A stretch of 51,043 nt of DNA, taken from assembly GCA_046483495.1 (NCBI GenBank), contig JAWODC010000078.1, positions 1 to 51,043 of the forward strand. Reading direction: 5' to 3'. Below, in pieces: positions 17,206-27,262 of the stretch. The stretch comes from Desulfobacterales bacterium (GTDB lineage: Bacteria; Desulfobacterota; Desulfobacteria; Desulfobacterales; UBA5616). How positions within the stretch are numbered: the stretch's first letter is position 1; every line of letters begins with the position of its first letter. The notes beneath the pieces were generated by a model. It was not told the DNA's origin and did no database searches. It saw only the letters and a list, made by a program, of their open reading frames with translations. The translations under genes and the position numbers were made by a program.

Positions 17206-18681
17206 ATGGCGAAAAGAGCACTTAAGCTCGACGGCTGGCAGGATGATTTCCGACAAAAGAAAATATCCCCTCAAGAAGCCGCAAAGCTAGTAAAATCAGG
17301 AGATTATGTTGTCATTCCCAATGAATATTTCGGCGTCATTCCAAACCATCTGGTTGCCCGTCGTGATGAACTTCGGAATGTGACCGTGGAAATATGTGTG
17401 GCCTACTTCGATCCGGGTTGGCTGCAGCCGGGATTGGAGGATTCCTTTAATGTCGTTATCCGCTGCTATTTGCATCTCGCCCGAATTGCTCACGACGAGG
17501 GGCGGATTCCGTTTATACCGGTAACCAACGGGACCTGGAGCAAAGTGTATCGTGACAAACGACCGATCGGGCACGATATCGATGTTTTTCTGGTCGTTGT
17601 ATCGCCGCCTGATGAAAACGGGTTCTGCTATTTCGCAAACGGTATATGGGAAAAGCGGCTCTATGCCCGACAGGCAAAAACCGTTATCGCGGAGATCGAC
17701 TCGACACAGCCTAAAGTGCATGGGGATGCGGCGATTCATATTTCTGAAATTGATTACCTGGTGGATATTACGCCCGAACCCCTGACCAGCGATGAAATCG
17801 ATGCCATTGCCGGCGTTATAAAACCGGAGAAATCAGCGGCTGCAAGAAATCGCCTTCGTGATGTACATCCCGCACTCTTAAGAAGCATGTTGCCGATTAT
17901 CAATGATATCCCTCCGGAATTATTGGAGGTCGGCTTGAATATCGACGACCCCACGGACGTGATGAAAGCCATGGCGGCCAACTTGAAAACCCTCGTTCAG
18001 GACGCAGACACCCTGCAGGTCGGGACCGGAAAGCATACCAAGCATCTGGTCGATCTGGGTGTTTTCGATGATGCCAATGATCTGGGAATTTTTTCCGAGT
18101 TGGCCTGCCCCGGAATGGGGTTTCTGGTAAAGCGCGGCACAGCCACCGGAAGATATGCGACATTGCACCCCGGCAAGGCGGTTTTTACAAGTTTTATCGG
18201 GATGAACCCGGAAGAAATCCGTTGGGCCGGCAACAATCCGCTGTTTGAGCAATACCCCGGGGATTATGTCATCAACATTGCAAATATCGCTCGGCAAAAA
18301 AACATGCTCGCCGTGAATAATGCCGTCAAGGTGGATCTCACAGGCCAGATTACCTGTGAATCCCAGTTCGGCCCCAGGCTGCTGAACGGTGCAGGCGGAC
18401 AAATCGAATTTCACATCGGCGCTTTCATGTCCGAGGGCGGCAAAGCGGTGACCTTTATTCCCTCCACATGGGGAAACGGTGCCGTATCGAATATCACCCC
18501 TTATTTCGAAGAGGGGACACTGGTGACGATTTCTCGGTACTGGGCCGACTATGTGATTACCGAGTATGGGGTGGCGCAGCTTGCCGGCAAATCCCATCGG
18601 GAACGAGCGGAAGAATTGATACGGATCGCACACCCCAAATTCCGGGACGAGCTGACGGAAGCGGCAAAACATATCTGCTGA
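17206..18681 (+). CDS. Family I CoA-transferase (acetyl-CoA hydrolase / 4-hydroxybutyrate CoA-transferase family)
   Basis: VSPPDENGFC, TLQVGTG, LGIFSEL (catalytic Glu kept), NNAVKVDLTGQ, NGAGGQ, DYVITEYGVAQL, IAHPKFR; AAGGAGGT RBS. Confidence 0.92.
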   Translation: MAKRALKLDGWQDDFRQKKISPQEAAKLVKSGDYVVIPNEYFGVIPNHLVARRDELRNVTVEICVAYFDPGWLQPGLEDSFNVVIRCYLHLARIAHDEGRIPFIPVTNGTWSKVYRDKRPIGHDIDVFLVVVSPPDENGFCYFANGIWEKRLYARQAKTVIAEIDSTQPKVHGDAAIHISEIDYLVDITPEPLTSDEIDAIAGVIKPEKSAAARNRLRDVHPALLRSMLPIINDIPPELLEVGLNIDDPTDVMKAMAANLKTLVQDADTLQVGTGKHTKHLVDLGVFDDANDLGIFSELACPGMGFLVKRGTATGRYATLHPGKAVFTSFIGMNPEEIRWAGNNPLFEQYPGDYVINIANIARQKNMLAVNNAVKVDLTGQITCESQFGPRLLNGAGGQIEFHIGAFMSEGGKAVTFIPSTWGNGAVSNITPYFEEGTLVTISRYWADYVITEYGVAQLAGKSHRERAEELIRIAHPKFRDELTEAAKHIC

Positions 18682-18779
18682 ACAGCATCGGTTTTGACGA
18701 TCCGAGTTCTGGTCAAGATCCCCGCCTCTTTGTCCCTTTTCACCGCCCCTTGCCGGGGAACCCCCTTTTTTCCTTCTTT

Positions 18780-18821
18780 TTGACTTAAGTCAATGCGGTC
18801 ACGATAGGACTTCGGTATATT
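18780..18821 (+). promoter_or_regulatory. CRP/FNR-family (HcpR-type) operator with class II promoter
   Basis: Perfect palindrome TTGACTTAAGTCAA (18780-18793), -10 TATATT at 18816-18821; site centre lies about 41.5 bp upstream of the predicted start (~18828). Confidence 0.7.
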
Positions 18822-18907
18822 GCAAACAAAAGAAAGATGGATATGATTGAAAAAAAGGCGGATGATCGTCCCGTTATTTTTAAAACCGGCAGGAAAGGGG
18901 AATATCT

Positions 18908-19639
18908 ATGAAATGTCCCGGACAGGACAGCCAATATTGGAAACCCGGTGCGATTTACGAAGCGGATTGTCCGAAATGCGGGCATGGAGTGGAATTTTTC
19001 AAAGATGATCCAACCCGAAGATGTCCGAAGTGCGGCCACCGGTTCGTCAATCCCAAAATGGATTTCGGATGCGCCGCATATTGTCCGTTTGCCGATCAGT
19101 GCGTCGGCGAGTTGCCTCCGGAAGTCGTGGCACAACGGCAGGATTTGATAAAAGATCGGGTCGCCGTCGACATGAAACGTTATTTCAAAAACGATTTCAA
19201 ACGGATCGGGCATGCCACCCGTGTTGCTCGGTACGCCGAAAGAATCGGTAAGGACGAGGGCGGCAATATGGCCGTCATACGTATCGCCGCATACCTGCAC
19301 GATATCGGCCTGCCCGAGGCGGAAAAGAAATACGGCAGCAGTGGAGTCGAATACCGGGAAAAGGAGGGGCCGCCGGTGGCCAAGCGGATGTTGAAGGGAT
19401 TGGGCGCGCCGAATGAACTTATCGAGGAGGTGTGCGATATCATTGCTCATCACCACCATCCCGGACCGGGGGACAACCTTAATTTCAAGGTTGTATTCGA
19501 TGCCGATAGGATCGCCGATATGGAAGAGAGCATGCGGAAACAACCGATGGCTTCAGCACAATTGGAAGAAATGATCGAAACGAAATTCCTGACAAAAAGC
19601 GGTACACTTCATGCCAAAAAATTATTGTTGGATAAATAG
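18908..19639 (+). CDS. HD-domain phosphohydrolase with N-terminal Cys-rich (Zn-ribbon / Fe-S) domain
   Basis: MKCPGQD, CPKCG twice, GCAAYCPFADQC; HD motifs HATRV, YLHDIG, HHH, FDAD. Confidence 0.88.
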   Translation: MKCPGQDSQYWKPGAIYEADCPKCGHGVEFFKDDPTRRCPKCGHRFVNPKMDFGCAAYCPFADQCVGELPPEVVAQRQDLIKDRVAVDMKRYFKNDFKRIGHATRVARYAERIGKDEGGNMAVIRIAAYLHDIGLPEAEKKYGSSGVEYREKEGPPVAKRMLKGLGAPNELIEEVCDIIAHHHHPGPGDNLNFKVVFDADRIADMEESMRKQPMASAQLEEMIETKFLTKSGTLHAKKLLLDK

Positions 19640-19710
19640 ACGGTTCGCAGAAGGGTGGGATATAGCGTCTGTTTAAATGCCTGGATGCATTTAAGAAAGG
19701 ATTTTCATAA

Positions 19711-20469
19711 ATGAAAGTAATGAGAAAGGTCATTCACATAGAAGATGAGAAATGCGACGGTTGCGGGCAGTGCATTCCCTCCTGCGCCGAGGGGGCGCTT
19801 ACGATCGTGAACGGCAAGGCACGTGTCGTAGCCGATAAATTTTGTGACGGTTTGGGCGCCTGCCTGGGGGAATGTCCCAATGATGCACTGCACCTGGTGG
19901 AGCGGGAAGCCGAGGAATTCGATGAAGAGGCCGTGGAGCATTATTTGTCCGGGAGACCGGAAAAACCGGCTCAGCCGGCGAAAGCGGCTGTCCGAGGCTG
20001 TCCTTCGTCCGTAATACAGGACTTTGGATCAACCCACCCGTCCCGAGAAGCCGACGCCGCTCGCGGCGGTGAATCGGCCCTGACCCATTGGCCGGTTCAG
20101 ATTCGGCTCGTTCCGCCGACCGCCCCTTTTTTGAAGCATGCGGATATTTTGGTGCTGGCGGACTGTTCGGCGGTCGCCATGCCCACCCTGCATCGGGACC
20201 TGTTGAAGGGAAAGGTTGTCTTGATGGGATGCCCGAAGTTCGACGATGTGGAGGATTATATTCGGCGGTTTGCTGAAATTTTCAGGGTTGCCGATATTCA
20301 ATCCGTTACGACGGTGGTCATGGAGGTGCCTTGTTGTTCAGGCCTTCCGATGATCGTGAAAAAAGGAATGGCTGCTGCCGGCAAAGATGTTCCGATGGAG
20401 GAAGTCACCATCGGTGTGCGGGGTGAAACGCTGCAGCCCGGCCAAAAATTGGAAAGAAGAATCGGTTAA
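19711..20469 (+). CDS. 4Fe-4S ferredoxin-domain protein (type often found beside hcp)
   Basis: CDGCGQCIPSCAEGA, FCDGLGACLGECP, HWPVQIRLV, ADC, GCPKFDD, MEVPCCSGL. Confidence 0.9.
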   Translation: MKVMRKVIHIEDEKCDGCGQCIPSCAEGALTIVNGKARVVADKFCDGLGACLGECPNDALHLVEREAEEFDEEAVEHYLSGRPEKPAQPAKAAVRGCPSSVIQDFGSTHPSREADAARGGESALTHWPVQIRLVPPTAPFLKHADILVLADCSAVAMPTLHRDLLKGKVVLMGCPKFDDVEDYIRRFAEIFRVADIQSVTTVVMEVPCCSGLPMIVKKGMAAAGKDVPMEEVTIGVRGETLQPGQKLERRIG

Positions 20470-21230
20470 AGAAGCTCGACGGCTTCCACAATGGCGGGAA
20501 GAATTATGCCGGCGGATCCGCGCAGGCTGACCCGGCAATGCGGTGTGAGACCGCTTTCATCAGCATTGATCTCGATGACCGGCTTTCCGGATCTGAGGAT
20601 TTTTCTAGGGAAAGCGGCGGCCGGGTATACCGTTGCGGAAGTGCCCACCACGACCATGCAGTCGCATTTCGCCGCTTCGGCATCACATGCAGCAAGGGTG
20701 TCCGGAGGAATGGGTTCGCCGAAAAAGACCGTGTCCGATTTCAAAATGCCCCGGCAGCCGGGGCAGGCCGGCGGCAGTTGATCTGTGGCTATGTCTTCCG
20801 GGTCATACCGCCGGCCGCAGCCGATGCAGCGAAGGCGCATGGCATTGCCATGAATTTCAATGACTTTGCGGCTGCAGGCCTCCCAATGCAGGTTGTCGAT
20901 ATTTTGGGTAATGACCGATTTAATGATCCCGATTTCCTCCAGTTCGGCAAGCGCCAGGTGACCGGCATTAGGTACGGCATTTTTCAAAGCATTGACAAAT
21001 TCCACCATGGGGCCTTTCGGATTGAGGCGATTTTCCCAGGTTTCTTTCGGATTCTCCAGGAAGCGTTGGTAGCCGTCCATCGGCGGCTCCCCATACCGGG
21101 TCCAGATCCCTCCCGGTCCCCTGAAGGGCGGAATTCCGCTTTCAACACTGATGCCGGCTCCGGTGAGAGCAACGGCATACGATGCCTCCACCATGATCCG
21201 GGCGGCCTTCTCGATATCACCCAAATTCAT
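20466..21230 (-). CDS. cobB: NAD-dependent protein deacylase (Sir2/CobB family)
   Basis: TGAGISVESGIPPFRG, TQNIDNLH, EIHG, two CxxC, VFFGE, GTSATVYPAA. Confidence 0.93.
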   Translation of the reverse strand: MNLGDIEKAARIMVEASYAVALTGAGISVESGIPPFRGPGGIWTRYGEPPMDGYQRFLENPKETWENRLNPKGPMVEFVNALKNAVPNAGHLALAELEEIGIIKSVITQNIDNLHWEACSRKVIEIHGNAMRLRCIGCGRRYDPEDIATDQLPPACPGCRGILKSDTVFFGEPIPPDTLAACDAEAAKCDCMVVVGTSATVYPAAAFPRKILRSGKPVIEINADESGLTPHCRVSLRGSAGIILPAIVEAVELL

Positions 21231-21637
21231 TGCTTTTTGTGTGTGCCTTTCAGTATTTCCTTCACAGCATTGCCGTCGGCCCGCGGCCCGAAATGGTTCA
21301 TGATGATCCCCATAGCCTGCATGGTATTGCTGAATTGTGAAAAATCCACATTTTCATCGATCCATGTCTGGATTTCTTCCTTCGATGCCGGTTCGGGCAT
21401 ATAGGATTCTGCGACGGCAACAAAATCGGAATCTTCCGTTATTCCCTGCTTCTGCAGCAGTTCGCGTTCCGATTTGATCAGTTTTTTCAAAACGGCGATC
21501 ACCTGGCTGTCGGACAGATCCTTTTGCTCCAAACGGCCGAATTCCCCTAAAATCACCCGAATCGCCTCTTTTCTGACATCATCTTTGGCCTTCATCGCGC
21601 GGGCCAGATCGCTTTTAATTCGTTTTTGAAGGGTCAT
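21227..21637 (-). CDS. GatB/YqeY domain protein
   Basis: MTLQKRIKSDLARAMKAKD..., YMPE, MGIIM...GPRADG; overlaps mobB 3' end and cobB start (ATGA). Confidence 0.88.
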   Translation of the reverse strand: MTLQKRIKSDLARAMKAKDDVRKEAIRVILGEFGRLEQKDLSDSQVIAVLKKLIKSERELLQKQGITEDSDFVAVAESYMPEPASKEEIQTWIDENVDFSQFSNTMQAMGIIMNHFGPRADGNAVKEILKGTHKKQ

Positions 21638-22157
21638 TTTTTTCCTCGCGTTCGGCAAGCGGTTTCTGCCCCTCGAGCAGAAATGTATTCTCTATGAAGT
21701 CGGCGAGTTCGCCTGTTTCCTCGAGACCGAAATGGGGAACATGGGATTCAAACCGCCGATCCGATACAAACGCGACCAGTTCATTACTGTTCAGGCAGAG
21801 AGGTTCGTCATGAACGGCGGAGCGGAAAATTTCGATCTTCGGCAGTTTCTCCTTTTTAAATCCTTCGGTAATGATAAGATCGACATCCTGCATATAATGC
21901 AGGATGTCCGTCAGATGAAGCGGTTCTTTCCTTTTAAACATCGCCATGCTTCCGGATGCGGCTACGACAACGGTATCCGCCCCGGCTTTTCGGTGGCGCC
22001 AACTGTCCTTGCCCTTGCGGTCCATGTCAAAGCCGTGAAACGCGTGCTTTAAGATGCCGATGGCATAACCGCGTTTTTTGAGTTCCGGTATGATTTTTTC
22101 AATCAACGTGGTTTTTCCGGCTCCGGATTTGCCGACCACGGAAACAACCGGTGTCAT
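21615..22157 (-). CDS. mobB: Molybdopterin-guanine dinucleotide biosynthesis protein B
   Basis: VVGKSGAGKTTL, LKH, GKDSWRHRKAGA, ITEGFK; AAGGAG RBS before ATG 22157. Confidence 0.93.
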   Translation of the reverse strand: MTPVVSVVGKSGAGKTTLIEKIIPELKKRGYAIGILKHAFHGFDMDRKGKDSWRHRKAGADTVVVAASGSMAMFKRKEPLHLTDILHYMQDVDLIITEGFKKEKLPKIEIFRSAVHDEPLCLNSNELVAFVSDRRFESHVPHFGLEETGELADFIENTFLLEGQKPLAEREEKNDPSKTN

Positions 22158-22274
22158 AATCAACTCCTTTAATTTTAACACAAGCTATTTCCATACAACA
22201 GCATGTTTGTAAATTCAATTCATAAACCGTCGACATATATTTTAATGCGCTTTCGTGTAAGACCCACAAATATT

Positions 22275-22303
22275 TTGACATGCCGGAGTTTAGTTGATAT
22301 TTT
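22275..22303 (+). promoter_or_regulatory. Putative sigma70 promoter of asmA
   Basis: TTGACA (22275-22280), 17 bp, TATTTT with TGn extension. Confidence 0.55.
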
Positions 22304-22375
22304 TTGCAGGCTTATCGGAATGGACGATGATACAAACTGCGTCTTTTTTAAACCTGTGACATTCGGGGACATATT

Positions 22376-24391
22376 ATGAAACGATTGATAAAATGGGGTC
22401 TGATCATCGGTGGTTCTGTTCTGATCCTCATTCTGGCGGCACTTTTCATTCTTCCATTCTTCGTGGACATGCAACAGTACAAACCCATTCTCGAAGAAAG
22501 GGCCTCTGCCGAATTGGGGCGGCCGGTTTCCATCAACGGCGACATTCGACTTTCACTGTTGCCTCCGGCCGGCATTGCCATAACGGATTTGAATATCGGA
22601 AATCCTGAAGGCTTCGAGGAAAAAGAGTTTGTCAGCATCGGTCATTTTGAAGCGGGAATCAAGCTTTTGCCGCTGCTGTCAAGGAATGTACAAATCGATC
22701 GATTTGTCATCGAAAAGCCGAAAATCCTGCTCGTTACCCAAAAAAACGGCCGTTCCAACTGGCAAATGCCCGAAAAGAGCACTCCCGAAGAAAAGCCCGA
22801 AGAAAGGACGGACGAGACCCAAACCGGATTTAATCTTCCGTTGGAATATATCAGGGTCGATGAAATTCTTCTGAAAGACGGCCTTGTGCGGATCATAGAT
22901 CATACAAAAACGGGCAGTACCGAAATCTCAAACATTTCCGTGAAGATCGAAGCCGTTCAATTTGACCGGCCCGTCGAATTGTCCTTTATGGCCGAATACA
23001 ATAAAATTCCCATCGCATTAAACGGAAGGGTGGGGCCGGTAGGCCGGAATTTTGGAGCTGATGATGTTCCGGTGGATTTTACCGTGCGGGCAATGGATGA
23101 AGCGAAAATCACGGTTAACGGGAAACTGCGCCGCCTTGCAGATAAACCGGCTTTTGATCTGACGTTTCGATCCGATCCGTTCTCCCCTAAAGAAATGCTG
23201 TCGGCGATCGATTTAAAGGACCGCGTCCAGACCATGGACCCGCAGGCGTTGACGAAGATGGCGTTCAGTTTTACGTTGAGTGGCGATAGCGAAGCGATGA
23301 CGATTTCGGACGGAAATATCGTGCTTGACGATTCAGCGCTGGCTTTTGGGGCTGTGATCCAAAATACGAAAAAACCGGCCCTGACCTTTGAAGCAACCCT
23401 GGACCAGCTGGATGCAAATCGGTATTTTCCACCGGAAACAAAGTCAGAAAAAGCGGCGGAACAGCCGAAAGCCGACGCCTCCGAACCGCCGGATTTCAGC
23501 GTCCTCAGGGCTCTGTCCCTGAAGGGTGATCTAAAAGCGGGTGAGATAAACGTTCACCAAGTGCCGATTCGAAGGCTCGTTTTGCGCATAACCGGAAATG
23601 ACGGTGTTTTTAGGATTGAGCCACTATCGTTTCAGCTGTACGAAGGGCGGATCGATGCTCAAGCGCTTTTCAATGTGGCAACCGACAAACCGAAAACGGA
23701 AATCGCGTTAACCGCGGAAAACATACAGGCAAACCCGCTGGTAGTTGCTTTTCTGGAAAAAGACATCCTGGAAGGAACGCTGAAGGCAAATGTCGATCTG
23801 CAGGCCCGCGGTATCGATCCGAATGCCGTCAAAACGTCTCTGAGCGGCTCTACGGACCTCCTTTTCCGCGACGGCGCCGTCAAAGGAATCAATCTCACCG
23901 ATATGGTGAGGAATATCAAAACAGCATTTGCCCGAAATGCATCCGAACCTTCCGGGGAAGCCCAGCCGCGGACTGATTTTACTGAGCTGCACCTTCCGAT
24001 CCAATTTGAAAATGGAATAGCCCGGACATCGAGCGCACGGCTCGTTTCGCCGCTCGTCCGCGCCGAGGTCGAAGGCTCTGCCGATTTGATGAATGAGCGC
24101 CTCGATTTTCGAATAACACCGAATTTTGTCGCGACCATTTCCGGTCAGGGTGATACCCGGGAAAGGTCCGGGATAAAAGTGCCCATCCTGGTCACCGGCA
24201 GCTTTTCTTCTCCTAAATTTGCGCCGGATATGGAAGGCATCGTAAAAAAACAGTTGGAGCAGCGCCTGCCTATTCCAAAAAAATTAAAGGAATCCCTCAG
24301 TGGCGGGGAAACGGGCAATGAAAAACCCGGTTCCGGTTCGGTGGAGGACGCTGCCAAGGGGCTGCTGGAAAGTCTGCCGTTCGGCAAATGA
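22376..24391 (+). CDS. asmA: AsmA family protein
   Basis: N-terminal TM anchor, ELGRPVSINGDIRLS, LLPLLSRNVQI, NGRSNW, LYEG, DGAVKGINL, TDFTEL, VPILVTGSFSSP. Confidence 0.9.
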   Translation: MKRLIKWGLIIGGSVLILILAALFILPFFVDMQQYKPILEERASAELGRPVSINGDIRLSLLPPAGIAITDLNIGNPEGFEEKEFVSIGHFEAGIKLLPLLSRNVQIDRFVIEKPKILLVTQKNGRSNWQMPEKSTPEEKPEERTDETQTGFNLPLEYIRVDEILLKDGLVRIIDHTKTGSTEISNISVKIEAVQFDRPVELSFMAEYNKIPIALNGRVGPVGRNFGADDVPVDFTVRAMDEAKITVNGKLRRLADKPAFDLTFRSDPFSPKEMLSAIDLKDRVQTMDPQALTKMAFSFTLSGDSEAMTISDGNIVLDDSALAFGAVIQNTKKPALTFEATLDQLDANRYFPPETKSEKAAEQPKADASEPPDFSVLRALSLKGDLKAGEINVHQVPIRRLVLRITGNDGVFRIEPLSFQLYEGRIDAQALFNVATDKPKTEIALTAENIQANPLVVAFLEKDILEGTLKANVDLQARGIDPNAVKTSLSGSTDLLFRDGAVKGINLTDMVRNIKTAFARNASEPSGEAQPRTDFTELHLPIQFENGIARTSSARLVSPLVRAEVEGSADLMNERLDFRITPNFVATISGQGDTRERSGIKVPILVTGSFSSPKFAPDMEGIVKKQLEQRLPIPKKLKESLSGGETGNEKPGSGSVEDAAKGLLESLPFGK

Positions 24392-24404
24392 TTCGGGATT
24401 GATA

Positions 24405-24860
24405 ATGATGAAAACAGCAAAGGATATCATGACAAAAAATCCGGTAACGGTTCTTCCGGAAACGGAGATTGTCCGGGCGGCGGAAATTCTCCTGGAAAAA
24501 GGAATCAACGGTTTGCCGGTAGTCGATGAAGAGGGGAAATTGGTTGGGATAATCTGTCAGAGCGATTTGATCGTTCAGCAGAAAAAAATGCCGATCCCAT
24601 CCGTTTTTACGATGCTGGACTGGATCATACCATTGTCATCCATGAAGCAGATTGAAAAGGAAGCCCGGAAAATCACGGCCATAACCGTGGCTGAAGCCAT
24701 GACGCGGCATCCCGTCGCCGTTGATCCGAGTACGGCTATCGAGACGATTGCCGAGTTGATGGTGGATAAAAAGTTTCACACGCTTCCCGTGGTGGAAGGC
24801 GGCAAACTGGTCGGCATCATAGGAAAAGAAGATATCCTGAGGACCTTGATGCAGCCATGA
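24405..24860 (+). CDS. CBS-domain pair protein
   Basis: AKDIMTKNPVTV, GLPVVDEEGKLVGII, TLPVVEGGKLVGII. Confidence 0.9.
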   Translation: MMKTAKDIMTKNPVTVLPETEIVRAAEILLEKGINGLPVVDEEGKLVGIICQSDLIVQQKKMPIPSVFTMLDWIIPLSSMKQIEKEARKITAITVAEAMTRHPVAVDPSTAIETIAELMVDKKFHTLPVVEGGKLVGIIGKEDILRTLMQP

Positions 24861-25029
24861 CCGTCTGTTGCAGCGTTTACCTTTCGTGATTGACGGCCGT
24901 TCGTCTTTTCAATGGGCCTTTTTCCGGATTGCGTCATTTCTCTTGCGTCCATGATGCGCGCCATTTCCCCGTATGAATTCGGCTGAAGGTCACTTCGTAA
25001 AGTGCTTTTCCTGATTTAAGAGAAAAACG

Positions 25030-25920
25030 ATGGCAAGCAAAGAATTGAAACGGGTTCTGGAAATCGTGCGGTCCATGCCGGTTAACGAGGATGCCTCCTT
25101 GCAGGAAATGCGGGCGGAAATGGAAAAAACGGCATTTCTTCAGCCGGAGATACAGGGGGTTTCTTTTGCTCCGCAAGCCATCGGCGGTGTGCGCGGTGCT
25201 TGGATTACTCCGGAAGCCGCCGAAAAAAATGCCGCTGTCTTATATTTTCATGGCGGCGGTTACTGTATGGGCTCCATCAACACCCACCGGGAAATGGCCT
25301 CCCGGATCGCGGCGGCCTCCAAAACACGGGTCTTTATCATTGCATATCGGCTGGCGCCGGAAGATCCCTTCCCGGCGGCGCTAAAGGATGCCGAAACCGT
25401 CTACCGAGGAATGCTTAAAAACGGCCGATCACCCGAAAAAATGGTCGTTGCAGGGGATTCCGCCGGGGGCGGCCTCGCGGTGGCCCTGCTGCTTCGCTTG
25501 AAAGCATGCAAATTGCCGCTGCCGGCTGCAGCGGTCTGTATTTCGCCGTGGTTGGATTTGACCTTGAGTGGAGACTCGATGAAAAAAAAGAGGCATTTGG
25601 ATCACGTGGTGCGGCATGAACTCATATCGAAAATGGCCCGGGCCTACCTGAACGGGGAGGATCCCTCCAATCCACTGGCATCCCCATTATTCGGAAATCT
25701 GGAGAACCTCCCGCCGATGCTGATCCAGGTGGGGACAGCCGAGGTCCTGATGGATGACAGCGTTCGTCTGGCGCATAAGGCAACAGCGGCGGGAGTGGAT
25801 GTGACGCTCGAAACATGGGAGGATATGGTGCACGTATGGCATACGTTTGCCGAAATTCTGCCGGAGGCCGGGGAGGCCATTGACGCCATCGGGAGTTATG
25901 TTCTACACCATGCCCGATAA
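25030..25920 (+). CDS. Alpha/beta hydrolase (HSL family esterase)
   Basis: HGGGY, YRLAPE, GDSAGG nucleophile, E/D and HVW catalytic residues. Confidence 0.93.
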   Translation: MASKELKRVLEIVRSMPVNEDASLQEMRAEMEKTAFLQPEIQGVSFAPQAIGGVRGAWITPEAAEKNAAVLYFHGGGYCMGSINTHREMASRIAAASKTRVFIIAYRLAPEDPFPAALKDAETVYRGMLKNGRSPEKMVVAGDSAGGGLAVALLLRLKACKLPLPAAAVCISPWLDLTLSGDSMKKKRHLDHVVRHELISKMARAYLNGEDPSNPLASPLFGNLENLPPMLIQVGTAEVLMDDSVRLAHKATAAGVDVTLETWEDMVHVWHTFAEILPEAGEAIDAIGSYVLHHAR

Positions 25921-25946
25921 GAACCTTTTTTGGACAAGGCAGATGT

Positions 25947-27194
25947 ATGAAACCATATGAGGTCGCCTGCCGGCAGGTGGACATCGCCGGGCACTATCTT
26001 GATGTTGACAAAGACCTGCTTGATTATTTGAAATATGCCAAACGGGAACTCGTGGTTCATTTTCCCATCAAGCGGGATGACGGAAAACTGGAAGTATTTA
26101 CAGGCTACAGGGTTCTCCACAATGCCGCTCTCGGACCCGGCAAGGGAGGCATCCGGTTCCACCCGGCCCTCGATCTGGACGAAGTCCGGGCTTTGGCGAT
26201 GTGGATGACATGGAAAACGGCTCTGTTGAATGTCCCTTTTGGGGGCGCCAAGGGCGGCGTTACCTGCAATCCCAAGGCGTTGTCCATCGGTGAAACTGAA
26301 CGGATAACCCGGCGCTTTACATGGGAAATCGCGCCGTTTATCGGACCGCAGTTGGATATTCCGGCCCCGGATGTCTATACCAATCCCCAGATTATGGCCT
26401 GGATGATGGATACCTTCAGTTCATTGAAAGGGTATGCGGTCCCCGAGGCCGTAACCGGCAAACCCATAGAAATCGGCGGTTCTGCCGGCCGTTTCAACGC
26501 CGGGGGAAAGGGGGTTTTCCTGACAAGCGTCTATGCGGCCTTATACGCCGGGCTCGGAGAATCCGTTAAAGGTGCACGGATTATTATTCAGGGTGCAGGC
26601 AGCGTCGGGGAGATCACCGCCAGGTACTTCTGCAAAGCCGGAGCAAAGCTGGTCGGCATCAGCGATTCCGCCGGCGCCCTGTTCAACCCCCGAGGAATCG
26701 ATGTGGAAAAGGCAATGGCGGGAAAAAGGAGGCACAATCGTTTTCTTGCCCGGGCAAAAGGTGATCGTGAAATGTCCAATGCAGAACTACTGGAGTCGGA
26801 GTGCGATATACTCATTCCAGCGGCTTTGGGAAATCAGATTACCGGAGAAAATGCGGACAGGCTGAAATGCCGGCTGGTGGTGGAGGGTGCCAACGGCCCG
26901 ACGAGCCCGGAGGCCGATGACATCCTCTTTGGAAAAAACATCATGGTGGTTCCGGATATCCTGGCCAATGCCGGGGCGGTGACGGTATCCTATTTTGAGT
27001 GGGTGCAGAATGTTCAGGAGATTATGTGGAGCGAAGAAGAAGTTTTCGCCCGTCTGGAAAAAATCATGGCCGGGACCTTTACGGAAGTCGTGAGGCTTGC
27101 CGAAGAAAAAAGCATCAGTATGCGAACAGCGGCGTACATCATCGGTGTCGGACGGGTGGCCAAAGCGATGCAGCTTAGGGGAATATATCCATAG
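25947..27194 (+). CDS. gdhA: Glu/Leu/Phe/Val dehydrogenase (glutamate dehydrogenase)
   Basis: GKGGIRFHP, MTWK, PFGGAKGG, DIPAPDV, TGKP, EGANGP, PDILANAG, SYFEWVQN. Confidence 0.93.
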   Translation: MKPYEVACRQVDIAGHYLDVDKDLLDYLKYAKRELVVHFPIKRDDGKLEVFTGYRVLHNAALGPGKGGIRFHPALDLDEVRALAMWMTWKTALLNVPFGGAKGGVTCNPKALSIGETERITRRFTWEIAPFIGPQLDIPAPDVYTNPQIMAWMMDTFSSLKGYAVPEAVTGKPIEIGGSAGRFNAGGKGVFLTSVYAALYAGLGESVKGARIIIQGAGSVGEITARYFCKAGAKLVGISDSAGALFNPRGIDVEKAMAGKRRHNRFLARAKGDREMSNAELLESECDILIPAALGNQITGENADRLKCRLVVEGANGPTSPEADDILFGKNIMVVPDILANAGAVTVSYFEWVQNVQEIMWSEEEVFARLEKIMAGTFTEVVRLAEEKSISMRTAAYIIGVGRVAKAMQLRGIYP

Positions 27195-27262
27195 AAAAGC
27201 CCCTATCAGCTGCCGGATGCCCGATTCGATTAACGTTCATTCTTTTGAAGAGAGGATAGCTA

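Noticed and set aside
17920..21404. Long antisense ORFs 17920-18672, 18785-19543 and 20538-21404
   Set aside because: Shadows of well-supported genes on the opposite strand, with no recognisable motifs.
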